Shown piece by piece: positions 59,201 to 64,000 of a stretch of 64,000 bases of DNA; within the stretch, counting starts at the first letter, position 1, and each line of letters begins with the position of its first letter. Made by a program: the position numbers and the translations under genes. The notes under the pieces were generated by a model that was not told where the DNA came from, did not search any database, and saw nothing but the letters and a program-made list of their open reading frames with translations. Source of the DNA: Iphione sp. A-MEVVRFRX5 (Eukaryota); the NCBI GenBank assembly GCA_976226885.1, contig CDNGLT010000002.1, forward strand, positions 1,426,001 to 1,490,000. The letters are read 5' to 3'.

Positions 59201-60297
59201 ATGACCTAGTAAAGGATATGCTGAAAGAACTGGCTGGATACTGCCAGACTGGAACCTGCCTTACAGGCAGACATGACCGGATCGCTACCGTTGCACCGCC
59301 GCACCTGGCCGACAGAACCAAGTTAAAACTAGGTGCTATCGGTCAGATGGTGCCAGCAATGCCACCTATGGGAGGGTCTACAATGAAATTAGTGACCTTG
59401 AATTACCTGGAGTCTGAGGAACGAATGGACATCCAGGCACCAGGGATTTATGGACAATAGGATTTATTCCACAATTCTCTTTGAGTCAAGAAATGGGAGA
59501 TTATGGGTTCAGTGAGGAGTAGCTGAGTGCTTCATATTAATTATATCACAAAAGACACCAATTTTAAGCACGGGCCTCAAGGATATAAGGGATCTGTTAG
59601 AGGGATCAGGTACATTCTGCAACATCAACATGGCTTGCAGAGTATATTCTAACAGGGTTAGGCTCAAAAAGGGCTTGGCACTGGTTGTCAGCCCCTAGCC
59701 CACGGAATAATGGACCTACTGATGACGTCGGTAGCGTCTCCAATTGAATCCAAAGATAATTTGACATTAAAAAATATTTAAGAGCAGAGAATGTGCCCTT
59801 AAAGAAAGCTGAACGGGGATAGGGGCAGACAGTTAGGGACCAACCCTCCCCGCTCCCCTCATTTCAGTCTGATGATGGTACAGAATACCGATACAGAACT
59901 TTATTTTTAATAAAGAGTCTTTTTTTCGAAATTATCGAGATTATGATCCATGGCGGACGGCACCAGGCAATCGAGACCTCCGGCGAAGTTGGCACCACGA
60001 AGTTGGTGGAGTGGTTCCATCCTTCCTTCTCGTCAAGATTGGTTCTTATGGTCGAACTGGCAATCACATCAAACAAACAGATATAAGTGAATAACCCAAT
60101 CTGTCATAGTTCGTAGAAAGTGAAAGCGTTTGTACTTGCTGCACATAAAATGTAGCTTACTTTTCAGATGGAAAATGGACCACTTTTCACTGTGGTCATT
60201 TGTACTTTTGTACACTTAGTGGTAAGTGGTTAGTCTGCAAACAAGGGTCAACGTTTTTAGTATTAACTGATCAGTTCAAAGCAGAGATTTTCCTACT

Positions 60298-60726
60298 TAC
60301 CGTAAATCTAGTTGGACGCGTTGATGGTCTGGTGGAACGCCGTGGCTGTTGAGCTTCCTCAATCTGTTCTTCTGCAGGACTATGGGGGGGTAGGGGACTC
60401 TCAGGGACCACTGTAACCGCAGAACTACTGTCTTGCCGATCAGCATTTGTCTGTGTCTCAGGGAAATTAGGGCTTTCTGGTACTAAACTTTGGCTAGTAG
60501 TTTGTCCAGATTCCTCCTCATTATCTGTGTCACCTTCCAGGTAAGCCATAAGTTGGCTGAAGTTTAGACTGGGAGAACGGTAGCCCATGACGACTCGCTG
60601 GTCTAAACTTTGTCTAGTAGTTTGTCCAGATTCCTCCTCATTATCTGTGTCACTTTCCAGGTTAGCCATAAGTTGGCTGAAGGTTAGACTGGGAGAACGG
60701 TAGCCCATGACGACTCGCTGGTCCAC
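60298..60726 (-). CDS. Acidic disordered exon with a 120-bp internal duplication, ending RRSTRPSTRPTRFT|gtaagt
   Basis: 151-aa open frame; DQRVVMGYRSPSL..EEESGQTT duplicated; consensus donor at its 3' end. Confidence 0.5.
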
Positions 60727-60779
60727 TCACCATGAAGCAGCAGCTCCAACTGACCAGCCTTGGTAGTAGTGACGCTTAG

Positions 60780-61100
60780 TTTTGGCGCGCGCAGGTCGAG
60801 CGCCCCCTATCTTGACCACCGAGCGCCCCCTGGGCTGATCTTGACTCCTTTGCTCCTTGCTCACTTTGCTAACTATATAATATGCATGAAATTTTATGTG
60901 TAAATTTCCAATATATATTTATTTATATATTTCCTATATTCAATGAAAGCTGTATGGATCTCGAATACGTTAAATGAATTCAAATGGCATCCGGAGCACT
61001 GTGGTGATATCAATCTGTTTTGGCGCGCGCAGCTCGAGCGCCCCCTGCCTCGACCACCAAGCGCCCCCCTGGGTTGATATTGACTCCTTGTCAGTAGTTG
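60780..61100. repeat. ~240-bp-spaced duplicate of a GC-rich tttggcgcgcgcag..agcgcccc block
   Basis: Copies begin at ~60780 and ~61019; contains an E2F-like TTTGGCGC. Confidence 0.7.
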
Positions 61101-61865
61101 CTCACTTTCAATATCTATATATTTTACTAATATTTCATGTATAAATTACAAATACACATTCATAATATTGTTTCTTTATTAAAAATAAAGTATGTGTCTC
61201 AAATACGTTACAGAGTTCAAATGAATCACTGTTGTGACTGCAGTTATCTATGCCATGCGGTACCCCGCCCAGGGCAGGAAGCCCCCTCCTAATGAGTAAT
61301 CCTAGCGTAAACAGACACCCGCTGATCGCTATATGCAACTGTCTGGCCGTTAAAGGTACAAATTCAAAACTGAAATTCACTCATCCATCAGGATTTACAA
61401 TCATATAATTTCATGATGAATAAATGCAAACCGATTTTGCATGATAAATAAATACCAACACGTAAGAACAGTATATTCCCTCACAAAAGTTTTTTTTTAT
61501 GAAATATATTTAATCAAAGTAAGGTTCTTTTAGGAACGTGTCCAGAATCTTCTTATAGACACTGACACCTTGACATGAAAGAACAGTATGAGCGACTCAA
61601 AATGTCAACACTTGTCCTACTGCACGAAGCTCTGTGCCTCGAAGCCTGTGTTGCCGTAGTTGCGCACAAGAGATACTCAAAATGTCAAATTAGTGACTCG
61701 TGTGTCGCGTTTGAAATGATAGGCTCAACGCTAAAATTTATATGGGTTGAGAAAGACCTGTCAGTCTGAGTCCAAGCCTATATCACGTTATATAAAGTCA
61801 CTGGCCATACCCATCAAATCATCATTTCTTGTCAGGAAATACATGATTAACTAAGCTTTTCCAAC

Positions 61866-62288
61866 ATGGGCAAAAAGACTAAAGCCACTGCATACTGGCT
61901 GTTTTGGTTAGATGCCAAGGAAAAGGGTTTTACCAGAGAGGTGGTTGACATGGTTTGGCCCGAAATCCCCCAAGTTCATAGAGACATCTACAAGGAGGAG
62001 GCAAGGAACCAAAACAAGTCCGCTGAAAAGCCTCATGGGCCCAATCAACTAGGCCCTTATGCCAAAAGTCGAATGCAGTTTGCGAGAATAGATTTACAGA
62101 AAAGAGAAGAAAACCGCCTTGGTGATGTCGGTAACTCGGTGTATCGGGAGCTGCACAGACGTTCAAATGGGGATTTCACTCTAGAGGAGTACTTCTGTGC
62201 AGTGGAAGACCTGAAAGGACCTAACTTCTGGACTGCAACAGAGGACGAAATTTGGTGGGTAAACAGCACAGCTAGAGATCGGTTTTAA
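61866..62288 (+). CDS. ORF with N-terminal HMG-box-like domain
   Basis: KKTKATAYWLFW..VVDMVWPEIPQVHRDIYKEEAR resembles the HMG-box helix pattern (aromatic cluster, W..(L/I)....(K/R)..Y...A). Confidence 0.55.
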   Translation: MGKKTKATAYWLFWLDAKEKGFTREVVDMVWPEIPQVHRDIYKEEARNQNKSAEKPHGPNQLGPYAKSRMQFARIDLQKREENRLGDVGNSVYRELHRRSNGDFTLEEYFCAVEDLKGPNFWTATEDEIWWVNSTARDRF

Positions 62289-63156
62289 TATCAAATTTCC
62301 ATTAGCCTGAATGCATATGACATATTCTCCAATACATTGCAGACACGCACATGCTTTTGATCGTATTTCTTGTTTCCCTGCAGGGATTGATCATCCGAGA
62401 AACAGTACAGAGGTCAGATCGACCAGTATCCACCCGACAGCCGAAGCAATTTTTTAAAAATCATTTATCTTATCATTTCATTTCCATGTACATTGATCAT
62501 CAGTAAATTCATAAATAAAGGCTAATGAAACCACTACACAATTGTCCATGTTTTCACTATAAATCCGCAGGGTAGGCTGAGATTATATATACATGCACAA
62601 AGGCTCCCAACGTGCCTTTTTCCCGAAGTGGAAGTATACAAACTTCAAGACAAGACGGAACTTCAGAACGCCGCTTACATTTGTTAGTTCGGGCGTGGGA
62701 TAAAAGGAAGAGGGTACCGATGTTGGCAGTAGGAAACAGTAAAATTGGCGGGTTTGAAGTCATAATTGTCGCGTTGACAGGGTTTGGGAAGCGGGCGTGA
62801 GACAAGCAGTCAAAGTACCCTCATCCCTTTATCCGTGGTGGCTTGGGCGCGGGAACAGAATGTCATATAAATACTACTAAATCCAGTCACTTCGACATTC
62901 AGCCTCCTACATCGGAATATGCCAAAAGGAAAAGAAAAAGTGAGTACCTATCTATGTATAAGTACAGCTTTAACATTCGACGGACATAACATATAGTTGG
63001 CAAGTAGATCGAGATGTGTATATATATGTATTTCTCATTAATCTTGTATTCATTCTTTGGTGTGCTGAACATTAGACGTACATATATTTTTGAAGTAAAT
63101 TGAGATGTGCATATATATGTATTCAATATGTATCTACATGTAATTTGTCATTTCAG

Positions 63157-63998
63157 ATGCATGCTTCACGTGTTCCAAACAAGTTCGTCCTCGGCAGGAG
63201 GGATTGTGCTGTTGCAATTGCAGGCGTGTACATCATCGTACTTGCAGTGGCATGTCCAGGCATGAATACCACAGGTTGAAGGATTCTGGAGAGGAAGGCT
63301 GGACCTGCAATTTCTGTGAGAGCGTCACAACAACACCGGTTCCAGTTGCAAATAGCACTGCACTGGATGACTCCGTGAAGTCCAAGGACAGGGTACAGCT
63401 GGAAACCGATGATGACCAAAATTGGACCTTGCAGCTGGAAATGAACGATGATGACGATGACGAGATTGCACCAAATTTGGTTGAGGGTCTCGCCGAAGCC
63501 GCTGCTGTACTCTATCCAGCCGACCCAGAGCCCATAGAGGCGGTTTACTTTGATGGGTCACTGAATGCTACATATGTGCTCCACGCCAGTGATGATGAGA
63601 CCATGGAGATTTCTGAGCCAGCCCCACTAGCTGTTCGTCTTGGTCTTGCTTCCCAAGGAGCCGCCCCGCCAGCCGCTCTCTCGGCCAACCGTCAGGCCAG
63701 GGTCTCTGCTTCCCAACGTGCCGCCCCGCCAGCCGCTCCCTCGGCCAACCGTCAGGCCAGGGTCTCTGCTTCCCAACGTGCCGCCCCGCCAGCCGCTCCC
63801 TCGGCCAACCGTCAGGCCAGGGTCTCTGCTTCCCAAGGAACTGCTCCGCCAGCCGCTCCTCGGCCAACCGTCAGGCCAGGGTCTCTGCTTCCCAACGTGC
63901 CGCCCCGCCAGCCGCTCCCTCGGCCAACCGTCAGGCCAGGGTCTCTGCTTCCCAACGTGCCACCCCGCCAGCTGCTGATGATGGTGAACCCACGGTGA
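63157..63998 (+). CDS. Exon encoding a PHD finger, acidic region and repeat tail
   Basis: After tttcag acceptor: CFTC..GLCCCNC..HRTC..WTCNFC (C4HC3), in frame with ORF 63204-63998; upstream exon not resolved. Confidence 0.75.
63648..63965. repeat. 60-bp GC-rich tandem repeat, ~5 copies
   Basis: ccgccccgccagccgctccctcggccaaccgtcaggccagggtctctgcttcccaacgtg at 60-bp period. Confidence 0.92.
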
Positions 63999-64000
63999 CG

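Noticed and set aside
59380-59760. Decayed RTE-type endonuclease fragment (MKLVTLN, KWEIMG, SNRV)
   Set aside because: Only short motif echoes across stops and frameshifts; insufficient to call.

Overview
Animal (probably invertebrate) genomic DNA made almost entirely of nested, decaying transposable elements; no bacterial features. The core is two related but distinct giant env-bearing Ty3/gypsy-type retroelements lying head-to-head. Element A is on the minus strand, ~38.85 kb running off the left edge, >19 kb once insertions are removed. Element B is on the plus strand, ~38.86-57.6 kb. Both are organised gag / -1 frameshift / Cys-rich domain-PR-RT-RH-IN / 9-10 kb accessory region / F-type env. 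The accessory regions hold an expanded ~180-aa paralogue family I do not recognise (6 copies in A, at least 3 in B). Almost every accessory gene, and env, has a pyrimidine-rich 3' splice acceptor 2-6 nt before its ATG, and most have an AATAAA near the stop. A has been hit by three insertions: a CR1/L2-group LINE in gag, a complete 11.7-kb env-bearing gypsy element C in RT (LTRs, 4-bp TSD, tRNA-His PBS; itself carrying a CACTA-like MITE), and an ISL2EU-like THAP DNA transposon in a tandem array. The last ~6 kb holds an HMG-box-like ORF, a PHD-finger exon and local repeats. All alignments were made by eye; no database search was possible.
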